A stretch of 64,000 nt of DNA from Coriobacteriia bacterium (lineage in GTDB: Bacteria > Actinomycetota > Coriobacteriia > WRKU01). Under the pieces are notes generated by a model, which searched no databases, was not told the DNA's origin, and saw nothing but the letters and a program-made list of their open reading frames with translations. Below, one piece after another: positions 9,522-17,644 of this stretch. The stretch is taken from contig WRKU01000002.1 in NCBI GenBank assembly GCA_009777935.1, positions 11,205-75,204 of the forward strand, written 5' to 3'. How positions within the stretch are numbered: position 1 is the first letter of the stretch; each line of letters begins with the position of its first letter. The translations under genes and the position numbers were made by a program.

Positions 9522-10298
9522 ATGAGTGACGCAGATAAGCCGGTAGAAAAAGAAGTTGTAGTCGTGCGCAAGAAGCAGAAGATGTTTGATGATCCGGTGA
9601 ACCGGGTGCTTGGCGTTATTATCGCAGCACTTATCATCTGGTCGTTGGGGACGATATTAATGCTCATCTTGACCGGTGTCATTAACCTTTCCGGCGCACC
9701 ACAGAACGCCGATGATGCCGCCGTTCTCAAGTATGGGAGCGCACTCGATGCCGAAGCTGATTCGTGGCAGTGGCAGTTCTATGTGGTGACGCTTATTGAA
9801 TCGGGCAGATTGGCCGAGGCCGAAGCAGTCATCAATAGCGAAGACTTTCAGAATATCGATGTCTATCAGCATCAAGAGATTCTCTACTGTACGGCACTGC
9901 TCGAGTTCCGCCGAGGCAACTACGAAGAGGCCATCGCTCTTTATCGGCAGGTTATCGAGAAGACAAGAGAGTCGTACGAGCACATGCTCGAGACCGGTGG
10001 CGAGCACATGAACTGGGCTCTTGCTGAAGGCATATCTCCGAACTACTCCTTTGCGCTTCGCGATTTGACCGGTGCCTATATGGCGCTAGAAGAGTGGGAG
10101 TCTGCCTTGGAGACAGTGAGCCATTATCTTGAGATAAATCCTCAAGAGGCCGGTATGCTCATTGACCGCGCTCATATCAAGGAGCAACTAGGCGACTACG
10201 CCGGCGCTATAGCCGATCTTGAAATGGCGCAGGTATTCTTGCCAGAGGATGAAGAGGTTATCGAAAGTATCCAGCGTGTTGAAGGGAAACTGCAATGA
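9522..10298 (+). CDS. Tetratricopeptide-repeat protein with N-terminal TM anchor
   Basis: Single helix 'VLGVIIAALIIWSLGTILMLIL', followed by helical repeats with TPR-like spacing (e.g. 'EAIALYRQVIEK', 'GAIADLEMAQVFLPEDEE'). A ribosome-binding site (GAAAGG) lies upstream of the ATG at 9522. Confidence 0.6.
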   Translation: MSDADKPVEKEVVVVRKKQKMFDDPVNRVLGVIIAALIIWSLGTILMLILTGVINLSGAPQNADDAAVLKYGSALDAEADSWQWQFYVVTLIESGRLAEAEAVINSEDFQNIDVYQHQEILYCTALLEFRRGNYEEAIALYRQVIEKTRESYEHMLETGGEHMNWALAEGISPNYSFALRDLTGAYMALEEWESALETVSHYLEINPQEAGMLIDRAHIKEQLGDYAGAIADLEMAQVFLPEDEEVIESIQRVEGKLQ

Positions 10299-11599
10299 GC
10301 GAGGAACTAAAAGAGACACAACCGCAGAGTGTACCCCCAGCGGATTCGGATGCACAGTCACGGGTTGTTGAGATAGACGAGGCGCATGGTTCGGGCAAAA
10401 ATTCGGGTCGGGTCGCCCTTATTGTTGCTTTGATAACCTTGCTGTTCCTCATGGCGCTAGCAGCAGCCCTCCTTTTTTTCCTGACCGGTGGTCTGGGGGG
10501 TGGTGGTAGAACGGTCGCCGGTGTCACGTGGATACGGTCTATCTATGGCACCGGCCCCGAGCAGCACCAGCAGCACTCTCCCGGCGACGCACATCCGGCC
10601 CCCAGTGGCTCGCGCATGTTTGTGACCGATCAGTTCGGTATGCGTATCATCGAGTACGATCACAACGGTATGTATCACGGGTCGTTCGGTGGTCCGGACA
10701 CACTGCCGTATCCTTCGAACCTTGCCATCGCTGCCGACGGAACTAAATATATTGCGATGCAGACCCACGACAGAATCGTCATCTACGATTCGAATAACAA
10801 TCAAATTGGCGCCATCGAACTTCCCGAGTCACCGTTCTCTGTTGCCGTTAATCAAGACATGTTGCTGGTAGGTATGCGCGGAGCCTTTGGTGCTTTTGAG
10901 CTGGACGGTACTGAGATTGGATACGTCGGATCGTTTGGTAACGGCGAGTTCCAGTTCGATAATATCAGCGGCGTGGCTCTTGATAACAATAACAACGCAT
11001 ACATTGTGGATACGTTCAATAACCGTATTAGCAAGTATGATCCAGCCGGTGAACGGATATGGATTCATCGCACAGGTGTTCCGCGCAACGCAGGAATGAA
11101 CATTGCGCTTGAGGAGGATCTGGAAGTATCGCGCGAACTTTTTCCCTCTAATATGCAAATGCCCATGGGCGCTACCATCGATGCAGCCAACCGCCTCGTC
11201 ATCGTCGATATGATGGACTTCTCCATTGCGGCCTTCGATATGGAAACCGGTGAGTTCATTGATAAGTGGGGTACGTTCGGCGAGGCCGATGGCGCTCTCC
11301 ATTATCCAAACCAGATTGAGTACCATCGTGGCGAGGATGTGTTCTACATCGTTGAAACAGCGTTGGGTCGTGTACAGATTGTTTCATTGCCGGGTTCTGG
11401 CGGTGGCCTACTTACACAGTTAAATCGCAACTTGGCCGGTCCACTGGGTGCCTGCCTGTTACCGGTTCTCCTGATTATCGTCATCGCCACTGCCTATTAT
11501 GTAGCGCGTAAGATAATGAGAAAACGTGCCGAAGAAGCCGAGATTAAAGCTCAAGAGGCTCCAGAAGATACTGAGATGGGAACCAAAACGGGGGAATAA
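10295..11599 (+). CDS. NHL-repeat (six-bladed beta-propeller) protein anchored by both N- and C-terminal TM helices
   Basis: Repeated 'Y..D..N.RI..YD' blades, e.g. 'AYIVDTFNNRISKYDPAG', 'RLVIVDMMDFSIAAFD', 'VFYIVETALGRVQIV'. TM helices near residues 40-65 and 385-410. ATGA overlap at the start. Confidence 0.65.
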   Translation: MSEELKETQPQSVPPADSDAQSRVVEIDEAHGSGKNSGRVALIVALITLLFLMALAAALLFFLTGGLGGGGRTVAGVTWIRSIYGTGPEQHQQHSPGDAHPAPSGSRMFVTDQFGMRIIEYDHNGMYHGSFGGPDTLPYPSNLAIAADGTKYIAMQTHDRIVIYDSNNNQIGAIELPESPFSVAVNQDMLLVGMRGAFGAFELDGTEIGYVGSFGNGEFQFDNISGVALDNNNNAYIVDTFNNRISKYDPAGERIWIHRTGVPRNAGMNIALEEDLEVSRELFPSNMQMPMGATIDAANRLVIVDMMDFSIAAFDMETGEFIDKWGTFGEADGALHYPNQIEYHRGEDVFYIVETALGRVQIVSLPGSGGGLLTQLNRNLAGPLGACLLPVLLIIVIATAYYVARKIMRKRAEEAEIKAQEAPEDTEMGTKTGE

Positions 11600-11632
11600 C
11601 GCCATATGTTAATCTTTCTTAATAAAATTATG

Positions 11633-11663
11633 CCAATCCGCGGTCGATTTGGTCGCGGATTGG
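11633..11663. promoter_or_regulatory. Perfect 10-bp inverted repeat CCAATCCGCG-N11-CGCGGATTGG in the AT-rich leader upstream of the secreted cytochrome
   Basis: Seen directly. It lies 34 nt downstream of the stop of the upstream gene and about 170 nt upstream of the ATG at 11835. It could be a U-less terminator hairpin or a dimeric transcription-factor operator. Confidence 0.4.
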
Positions 11664-11834
11664 TGCGTCAAATATCACCTGAAATTACTTAAAAATCTTT
11701 CTGAAAAATATTTATTTTTTCCCGAAAATTTGATATACTATATATGGCTGACAAGTGTCAGATATTCTATGCTCGGATGGGGGGTGATAACAATGAAAGA
11801 GATGAAAAATGTTCCTTCTATTAAAGGAGATAGT

Positions 11835-13451
11835 ATGAAAAAAGTATTACTTACGCTTGCTTTGGCAGCAATGCTCGTCTTTGCATTTGCATCCGTTGCC
11901 GGAGCTAAGTATGCAGGTTATGCAATCGACGGTAACCGCGACCGCAACGAGATTAATTCCGAGACCGGAACCGTTAACTCACCACAGCCCGGCTTCCTCT
12001 CATGGGGCGGTGCTATCCGTATGCAGGATGCGAGTGGCTTTACCGCAGCTGCAACGGCACCCGGTGCACCCGGTGTTGGTAACGTGCACGGTGGCTATGC
12101 TATCGCGTCGTCTAAGTGTTTCGTCTGCCACTCTGCTCACCGCGCAGGTGTAGCAACGACACGTGCCTCACTGACCATGGGTGGCGCAGCGTGCGGTATC
12201 TGTCACACCGTATGGGGTGGCGGCGGTGCCAACAAGAAAGTTGAGTACAACCGTGACGAGATGCGTCCGCACTCGAGCGCAGACACGACCTGTCACCAGT
12301 GTCACGGTGGCGGTATCCACGGTGGTGGGGGATCTGAGTTCGCGGGTATGAACATGTTCCTCATTGGTGGCAGGGCTGACAGTCTCATCAGAGCAGAGAT
12401 TGGCGCGGACGCTGCCGATAACTCGAAGCCTAATCAGATTCCAAGTGGTCTGACAGCCGCTCGTACATGGTTTTTCGATAACGCTCCAGCATCGTCTGAT
12501 GCGTGGACCATTCCTACAGGTCTGAATCGTCAGACATGGAGTGTTGCAAAGGGTACCGTTACCGGTATGACCTGTAACCGGTCCGGATGTCACACCAACT
12601 CAGTCTTTGCTATCAATGAGTGGGGTGTTGGTGCGACGCGTAACGTTTCGAGCTCTAACCTTGGTGCAGCAATGGGCGGCACAGATACCAATACCGATCC
12701 GATTGCACACACCGGTCACATCAACCCTGGGCGCTATCGCAACACAGGTGGCGACGATTGTGCGCCGTGTCACGCCGGGAATGTATCCGCTGGCTTCCGT
12801 ATGCGCACGGTAGCGGGCTATGAAGATGCAGAACCTGTTGGTGTCGACGGTGACCGCTCGACTGCTTATGGCTGTGACCAGTGTCATGATATGGTCGGTG
12901 TTCAGACCGGTACGACCGCCTTCCCGCACGGTAACCGCGTAGCGGTATACGAGTGGGATGATAATGGTGCTGCAGTGACGACGACCTCGACGGCCGGTAA
13001 TCTCTGGATGTATGCAGGTAACATTGCTCAGATTTCTACCGTTAACTCGACCTGGTCCACCTGGCGTCAGGCCGACGGTATCACCGCACCAGCGGGCTCT
13101 CGAGTTCCCTCTCCGGTCGATCCTAGTTTCCGCGTCATTAACGGTGCGGTTGGTAGCAACAACGACGGTACTGCCAAGGACGGTGCGTGTCTGAAGTGCC
13201 ACATCACGACCGACGATGCGTCGTTCTACCATCTGGTGGGAAGCTATCCGGCAACGGTCGGTCCTGATGGATTCCGTCAGGCACTTACTCCGGCTGCTGT
13301 GGGTACCCGTCACCAGAATCGCGCTATCGGTACTTACTTTAACGCGACCACAACGACAGGCACCGCGTGGCAGAACAAGACCGTCTTTGACGGTACAAAC
13401 CTTGCCTCTGTCCGCGACAACGGTTCAGATGTTATCTGGATCTTCCGCTAG
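11835..13451 (+). CDS. Secreted Gly/Thr-rich multiheme cytochrome c with 6 CXXCH motifs plus one CX4CH
   Basis: Signal peptide 'MKKVLLTLALAAMLVFAFASVAGA'. A ribosome-binding site (AAAGGAGA) lies 7 nt upstream. Motifs: CFVCH, CGICH, CHQCH, CAPCH, CDQCH, CLKCH, CNRSGCH. No TM helix after the signal peptide. Thr-rich segments such as 'TTTSTAGN' and 'TTTTGTAW'. Confidence 0.8.
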   Translation: MKKVLLTLALAAMLVFAFASVAGAKYAGYAIDGNRDRNEINSETGTVNSPQPGFLSWGGAIRMQDASGFTAAATAPGAPGVGNVHGGYAIASSKCFVCHSAHRAGVATTRASLTMGGAACGICHTVWGGGGANKKVEYNRDEMRPHSSADTTCHQCHGGGIHGGGGSEFAGMNMFLIGGRADSLIRAEIGADAADNSKPNQIPSGLTAARTWFFDNAPASSDAWTIPTGLNRQTWSVAKGTVTGMTCNRSGCHTNSVFAINEWGVGATRNVSSSNLGAAMGGTDTNTDPIAHTGHINPGRYRNTGGDDCAPCHAGNVSAGFRMRTVAGYEDAEPVGVDGDRSTAYGCDQCHDMVGVQTGTTAFPHGNRVAVYEWDDNGAAVTTTSTAGNLWMYAGNIAQISTVNSTWSTWRQADGITAPAGSRVPSPVDPSFRVINGAVGSNNDGTAKDGACLKCHITTDDASFYHLVGSYPATVGPDGFRQALTPAAVGTRHQNRAIGTYFNATTTTGTAWQNKTVFDGTNLASVRDNGSDVIWIFR

Positions 13452-13495
13452 GATGTGTTTAAGTGGTTTAGTGTTACAATGTGTTTAGCGTAACA

Positions 13496-13530
13496 AGAAG
13501 GGGTCCTCCGGGACCCCTTCTTTATTGCCC
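13496..13530 (+). terminator. Rho-independent terminator
   Basis: AAGAAGGGGTCC-TCCG-GGACCCCTTCTT perfect 12-bp stem followed by TTATT, 45 nt after the cytochrome stop. Confidence 0.7.
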
Positions 13531-13667
13531 TGCCGCGCTTCATGTACCATCCGGCGCATCTCTTTCTGTTCCGGTCTCACCGCCATGCTACCTCTTTTCC
13601 GGTAAAGGTATATAATAGATGCGTAACGCGTGTCCGGTAAGTATATCTGAGGGCGAAAGGTACGAAC

Positions 13668-14480
13668 ATGATGAGACGACGTGGCATTCTTTCCGCATTC
13701 TTAGGCACAATCGTGCTTTTGGGTGTGTTAGGTATTGGCATCTCTGTGGCTGGTGCCGCGGTCTTTAATCGAATAAGCGTAATCGCTCGTCCCTACGATG
13801 CTTTTACGACCGAATACACGGTAATTGCGAGGCCGTCTGTGCACGACGCTCCGGTTGGCACCGCACAGCTTGTCTTGCCGCGCGACATCACGGTGGTTTC
13901 TGCACGCCATATCGCGGATGCCAGTAGCGTGGATGATGAGGGCGAAGCAGAATACACCGTCGAGCCACATTCGAATGGTATTGATGACGTCTACACCTTT
14001 GTTTTGGCCGATGAAGAAGGCACAAGCGGGCTTTTCGATTGGCAAGGAGTTCAGATAGTGCTCCACGCCGATGAACCGCTGTATTCTGAGACCGATGACG
14101 GTCAAATTGTGTCTTCGTTTCGATTCGTTGCACCAAACCCTCTATCAGGTCTCGAAATTGGCTTCGAGGCTCCAGCGAGGATGACAGGCAGCGGTGCTGG
14201 TGTCGTTTTGCTTGAGGAGGACGCATACGATAGGGCAGTATATGGTATTACTCGCGCAGAGAACGTGCGTGCGGATGAAGAGATTGTTGCACAGGTCGTC
14301 TTCAATCTTATTGAAGATCCTGGTCCGGCCGAAGCCGTGGCGCTTAGTGTCACTGAGTCAGTCGAAGAACATAACCGGGGCCTCATCATAGGTGCGCTCA
14401 TTGGTGCAATCATCCTTGTCGTCGTAGTCGTCGTGCTCGTTGCACGCAAGGTCAGTAAGGATAGGAAGCAGGCACAGTAG
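13668..14480 (+). CDS. Uncharacterised surface protein, paralog B (signal peptide and C-terminal TM anchor)
   Basis: Signal peptide ending 'VAGAAVF'. C-terminal helix 'LIIGALIGAIILVVVVVVLVA' followed by 'RKVSKDRKQAQ'. 'ADEPLYSETDDGQIVSSFRFV' and 'LEIGFEAPARMTGSG' align with the paralog at 14541. Confidence 0.6.
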   Translation: MMRRRGILSAFLGTIVLLGVLGIGISVAGAAVFNRISVIARPYDAFTTEYTVIARPSVHDAPVGTAQLVLPRDITVVSARHIADASSVDDEGEAEYTVEPHSNGIDDVYTFVLADEEGTSGLFDWQGVQIVLHADEPLYSETDDGQIVSSFRFVAPNPLSGLEIGFEAPARMTGSGAGVVLLEEDAYDRAVYGITRAENVRADEEIVAQVVFNLIEDPGPAEAVALSVTESVEEHNRGLIIGALIGAIILVVVVVVLVARKVSKDRKQAQ

Positions 14481-14540
14481 GCTGCAAACTAAGCCGCAGG
14501 CAGGCTGTTTGTAAAACCTGAACAGGAAGGTAGAGGCACG

Positions 14541-15311
14541 ATGAAGCGACTTGCCATCTTTATGACACTCGTAGGGGCTGTTCTACTCTTTGGCATGACG
14601 GGTTTGGGCGCAACCGAGGCTGGTGCTGCCTTCCAGCGCGTGGTCATCACCGGTTCCCCTCATGGCGATACAGCGGCCGAATACGAGGTTATTGCCCGAG
14701 TCTCGGCCCATCATCTTCCGAAGGATGCACCGAGACTTATACTTCCCGTTGATTTTGACGTAGTCGAGGTGGAGTATCTCTGGAGTGCTATGAGCCAGGG
14801 TGTGGAGCCTGAAAAGTATGCTGTTGGGCCTCATCCCGATGGGTGGGGTAACGTCTATTCGTTTAGCGTGACAGACTGGACAGGAATCCGGCTTGTGTTC
14901 CGTGTCGACGAACCACTGTATCGAGAAAACGACGACGGTGACCTTGTCTCGAGCTATTCTTTTAAAGTTGATTACGCTTTGTCCGAGCTCGTCATTGGCT
15001 TCGAGGCACCTGAGGGCATGGTTGGCACGGGCAAAGACGTTATCTTTTTGGGAGAAAGCGCGGATGATGTGCCTCTTTACGGCATCAACGTTGCGCCGGC
15101 GCGCGCAGGACAGGAAATCGTCGCCGAAGTTACCTTCACTGAACCTGAACCCGAAGTCGAACCGGGGTTCTTTGCGACTCTTAGTGCCAAGATAACCGAT
15201 CTTGCGCGCGAACATACGGTTGGATTAATCGTCGCCGTGTTGGTGGGCGGGATAGTACTTGTCGCTGCGGTTGCACTGTTCGTTGTCTGGCGAAGCCATC
15301 ACGAGAGGTGA
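14541..15311 (+). CDS. Uncharacterised surface protein, paralog C (signal peptide and C-terminal TM anchor)
   Basis: 'VDEPLYRENDDGDLVSSYSFKV' and 'LVIGFEAPEGMVGTGKDV' blocks. C-terminal helix 'LIVAVLVGGIVLVAAVALFVV' followed by 'WRSHHER'. Confidence 0.6.
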   Translation: MKRLAIFMTLVGAVLLFGMTGLGATEAGAAFQRVVITGSPHGDTAAEYEVIARVSAHHLPKDAPRLILPVDFDVVEVEYLWSAMSQGVEPEKYAVGPHPDGWGNVYSFSVTDWTGIRLVFRVDEPLYRENDDGDLVSSYSFKVDYALSELVIGFEAPEGMVGTGKDVIFLGESADDVPLYGINVAPARAGQEIVAEVTFTEPEPEVEPGFFATLSAKITDLAREHTVGLIVAVLVGGIVLVAAVALFVVWRSHHER

Positions 15312-15521
15312 AGCTTTCGGAAGATAACACCAAAATGGGCGACGTGTTAGCACAACTCGGCAGATTGCTCAGAGCAGAAGTCACATGACAGTAACATAAA
15401 TCAGGTTAATGCAAACATACATGTCGTATTGCAGTAGGATGAAGTGAGCGGCATGGGGTCTGTGTGTGCAATCTGCCGCAAATGGTTTCTAATTTGAGGT
15501 ACACCAGCAAGGAGGGCACTG

Positions 15522-16172
15522 GTGGAATTCATGTTACTAATATTTTCGAGCATCATCGCAATTGGGACACTGGCTGTGCTTATTTGGCAAGTTTCATTGC
15601 TTACCCGTCAAGTGGTTTTGGCGAGGAAGAGCATGGAAAATCAGTACGAACAAACAAGGCGCGTGCAGACAGTAGCGGTAAGTGCTAACTGGACCTCGGC
15701 CATGAGCCCTGCGTTGTATTTTGCGTTTCGGATAGTTTCACAACTTGATGACAAGCAGTGTGACAACTTGTATCGGCTTGTTAGTTTTGATGTGCAAAAT
15801 CTTGATCCGGGTCTCAAACCTTATTTATGTGAGTTATGTATGGCAGAAAAACATCAGAACGAATGCTCAGAAGAGTGTTCGGCTAGTGAAACGTATGCTC
15901 ACATATCAGGGAAAGCGCTTTCCGAACTTAGGACAGTTGCAATACGATTCCTAAATGAAGCCGAGACGGTTATGACTGCACGCGCGCTGGGCATAGTTGA
16001 TAAAGACACTATTGATCGTCAATTTATGTTCTTAGTCGATCCACGCAAGGGACAGCCGGCATTAGAGAAATTTAGAAAAGTTTCAGGTGGCTATCCTAAT
16101 TTAGATGCATTTATCGAAGAGCTTAAAGAGGCAAATAATGCTTCTTATAAGTCTCCTTTAACAGTCGAGTAA
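15522..16172 (+). CDS. Hypothetical protein with N-terminal TM helix, in a low-GC islet
   Basis: 216-aa ORF with an N-terminal helix 'MLLIFSSIIAIGTLAVLIW'. The surrounding roughly 0.9 kb (15.4-16.3 kb) is visibly AT-richer than the flanks. No family recognised. Confidence 0.4.
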   Translation: MEFMLLIFSSIIAIGTLAVLIWQVSLLTRQVVLARKSMENQYEQTRRVQTVAVSANWTSAMSPALYFAFRIVSQLDDKQCDNLYRLVSFDVQNLDPGLKPYLCELCMAEKHQNECSEECSASETYAHISGKALSELRTVAIRFLNEAETVMTARALGIVDKDTIDRQFMFLVDPRKGQPALEKFRKVSGGYPNLDAFIEELKEANNASYKSPLTVE

Positions 16173-16284
16173 AAAATTCTATGGTTTTGTCGCCAGAAGA
16201 GTTATAATGAGACGTAGGAGAAATCCTCGGCGAAGGGAGCAGAAATGAAATATGATGCGTGACATAGAGCCAAACCAATAAAGT

Positions 16285-16319
16285 GAGCCCCTTTCTTTCG
16301 AGAAGGGGCTCCTTCTTTT
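16285..16319. terminator. Bidirectional Rho-independent terminator between convergent genes
   Basis: GAGCCCCTT...AAGGGGCTC hairpin followed by CTTCTTTTG. It lies between the + gene ending at 16172 and the - gene ending at 16329. Confidence 0.6.
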
Positions 16320-16328
16320 GTCGATTAT

Positions 16329-17537
16329 TCACTGTTGGTACAGTTCGAGATATTGTGGGATAACGACGCTCGTGTCGTAGTGGGCGAGCGCGTGGCTGTG
16401 TTGTGTTGCGGCTAGGGTGGTGCGCTCTTGTGGCGTTGCGGTTGCCCAATGTTCGATAAGGTCGGCGAGTGCCTCGGGCGTGGGCTCACAGAGGGCGTTA
16501 GCATTGCGCACCTCGTCCGTGATGCCGCGGGTACGGGTGCCGACGATTGGCACACTGGCGGCCACAAACTCCATCAGCGAGCGTGGTAGCCCTTCGCGTT
16601 TGCTGACCAGTAGCCCCAAGTCACAGGCGACACAGAGCGCGGGGATGTCGGCAAACGGTACCGCCCCCGTGAAGTGCACGCTGTCGGCGAGGTTATGTTG
16701 CCGCACATATGCGCGAAGCCTACGCTCAAGCGGACCGCTGCCTATGAAGACGAAGCGAACAGGAGCGGTGCGTTGCGCGTGCTTCCGATGTTCGCGCTCT
16801 GAGCGCTCCTTCAGCAGACGCACTGCATCGAGCACGAGGCGGTGGCGTTTGTTCGCAGAGAGCTCGGCAATCACCCCGACGACGAACGCATCGGCATCGA
16901 TTCCCCGCTCAGCGCGGATAGCCGCACCGTCGGCAGCCGCAGCTGCTGTGCCAAACGCGGCGAAGTCGAAGCCCATACCATCGATACGCCGCAGCTCGCA
17001 GACGCGCTCGCTTCCCACGGTCAGCGCACACAGATTCGCACCGGCGACTTCATCCTCATCGTTCATGACGACGAGCGTATCGGTCCCGTGTATGACAAGC
17101 CGTTCAGCGGCGCGATATGCGAACGCACTAATGCCAGCACCTTTGTAAAAATGCAGGCCATGGGCGGTATATATAATGCGTGGTTTGTTCGCCCAACACG
17201 GCCTATACACGCCACCTTGCCCGTCGCGTTCGCGCATCTCGGCCAACGCTAAGCGTGTCACAAACGCGGCAATCGGCGTGTGCACGTGTACAACATCGTA
17301 TTCCTCATGCTCAACGAGCTCGCGAATCTCACGCGCGAAACGTTGCACCCTCAAGAGCGACAGCGGCGAACGTGTCCACCCAATCTCATGCACTGCATCG
17401 AAGTCGCCGTCCAAACTCGTGCCGTCATCGTGCGTCAAAGCATCGACAGTCCACCCCGTATCGCGGAGCGCACGGGTAAGCGGCAACAAAAATGCCCGCA
17501 GAGTAACACCGATTGTCGTTACCATTAAAGCCTTCAT
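16329..17537 (-). CDS. Glycosyltransferase family 4 (GT-B)
   Basis: 402 aa. 'MKALMVTTIGVTLRAFLLP' N-terminus typical of WbuB/PimA-like GT4. 'GTRTRGITDEV' near the C-terminal domain. A TATAAT sits 6 nt upstream of the ATG on the minus strand. Confidence 0.75.
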   Translation of the reverse strand: MKALMVTTIGVTLRAFLLPLTRALRDTGWTVDALTHDDGTSLDGDFDAVHEIGWTRSPLSLLRVQRFAREIRELVEHEEYDVVHVHTPIAAFVTRLALAEMRERDGQGGVYRPCWANKPRIIYTAHGLHFYKGAGISAFAYRAAERLVIHGTDTLVVMNDEDEVAGANLCALTVGSERVCELRRIDGMGFDFAAFGTAAAAADGAAIRAERGIDADAFVVGVIAELSANKRHRLVLDAVRLLKERSEREHRKHAQRTAPVRFVFIGSGPLERRLRAYVRQHNLADSVHFTGAVPFADIPALCVACDLGLLVSKREGLPRSLMEFVAASVPIVGTRTRGITDEVRNANALCEPTPEALADLIEHWATATPQERTTLAATQHSHALAHYDTSVVIPQYLELYQQ

Positions 17538-17644
17538 AGTGCCATTATAATAGACCTATGGAAACCGCGCCGTACTCAACTGCGCAATTGTTCAATTATA
17601 TGTCTGACGTACGCAAATCCCCACGAAACCTCCGCCACTCGCGC

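Noticed and set aside
12600-13313. 237-aa minus-strand ORF, together with the 141-aa ORF at 12168-12593
   Set aside because: Both lie antisense to the secreted multiheme cytochrome gene. The plus strand carries the signal peptide, ribosome-binding site and CXXCH motifs, and the antisense frames have no recognisable features.
16417-17148. 243-aa plus-strand ORF rich in Ser, Ala and Arg
   Set aside because: It lies antisense to the GT4 gene at 16329-17537. Its composition is typical of a shadow ORF.
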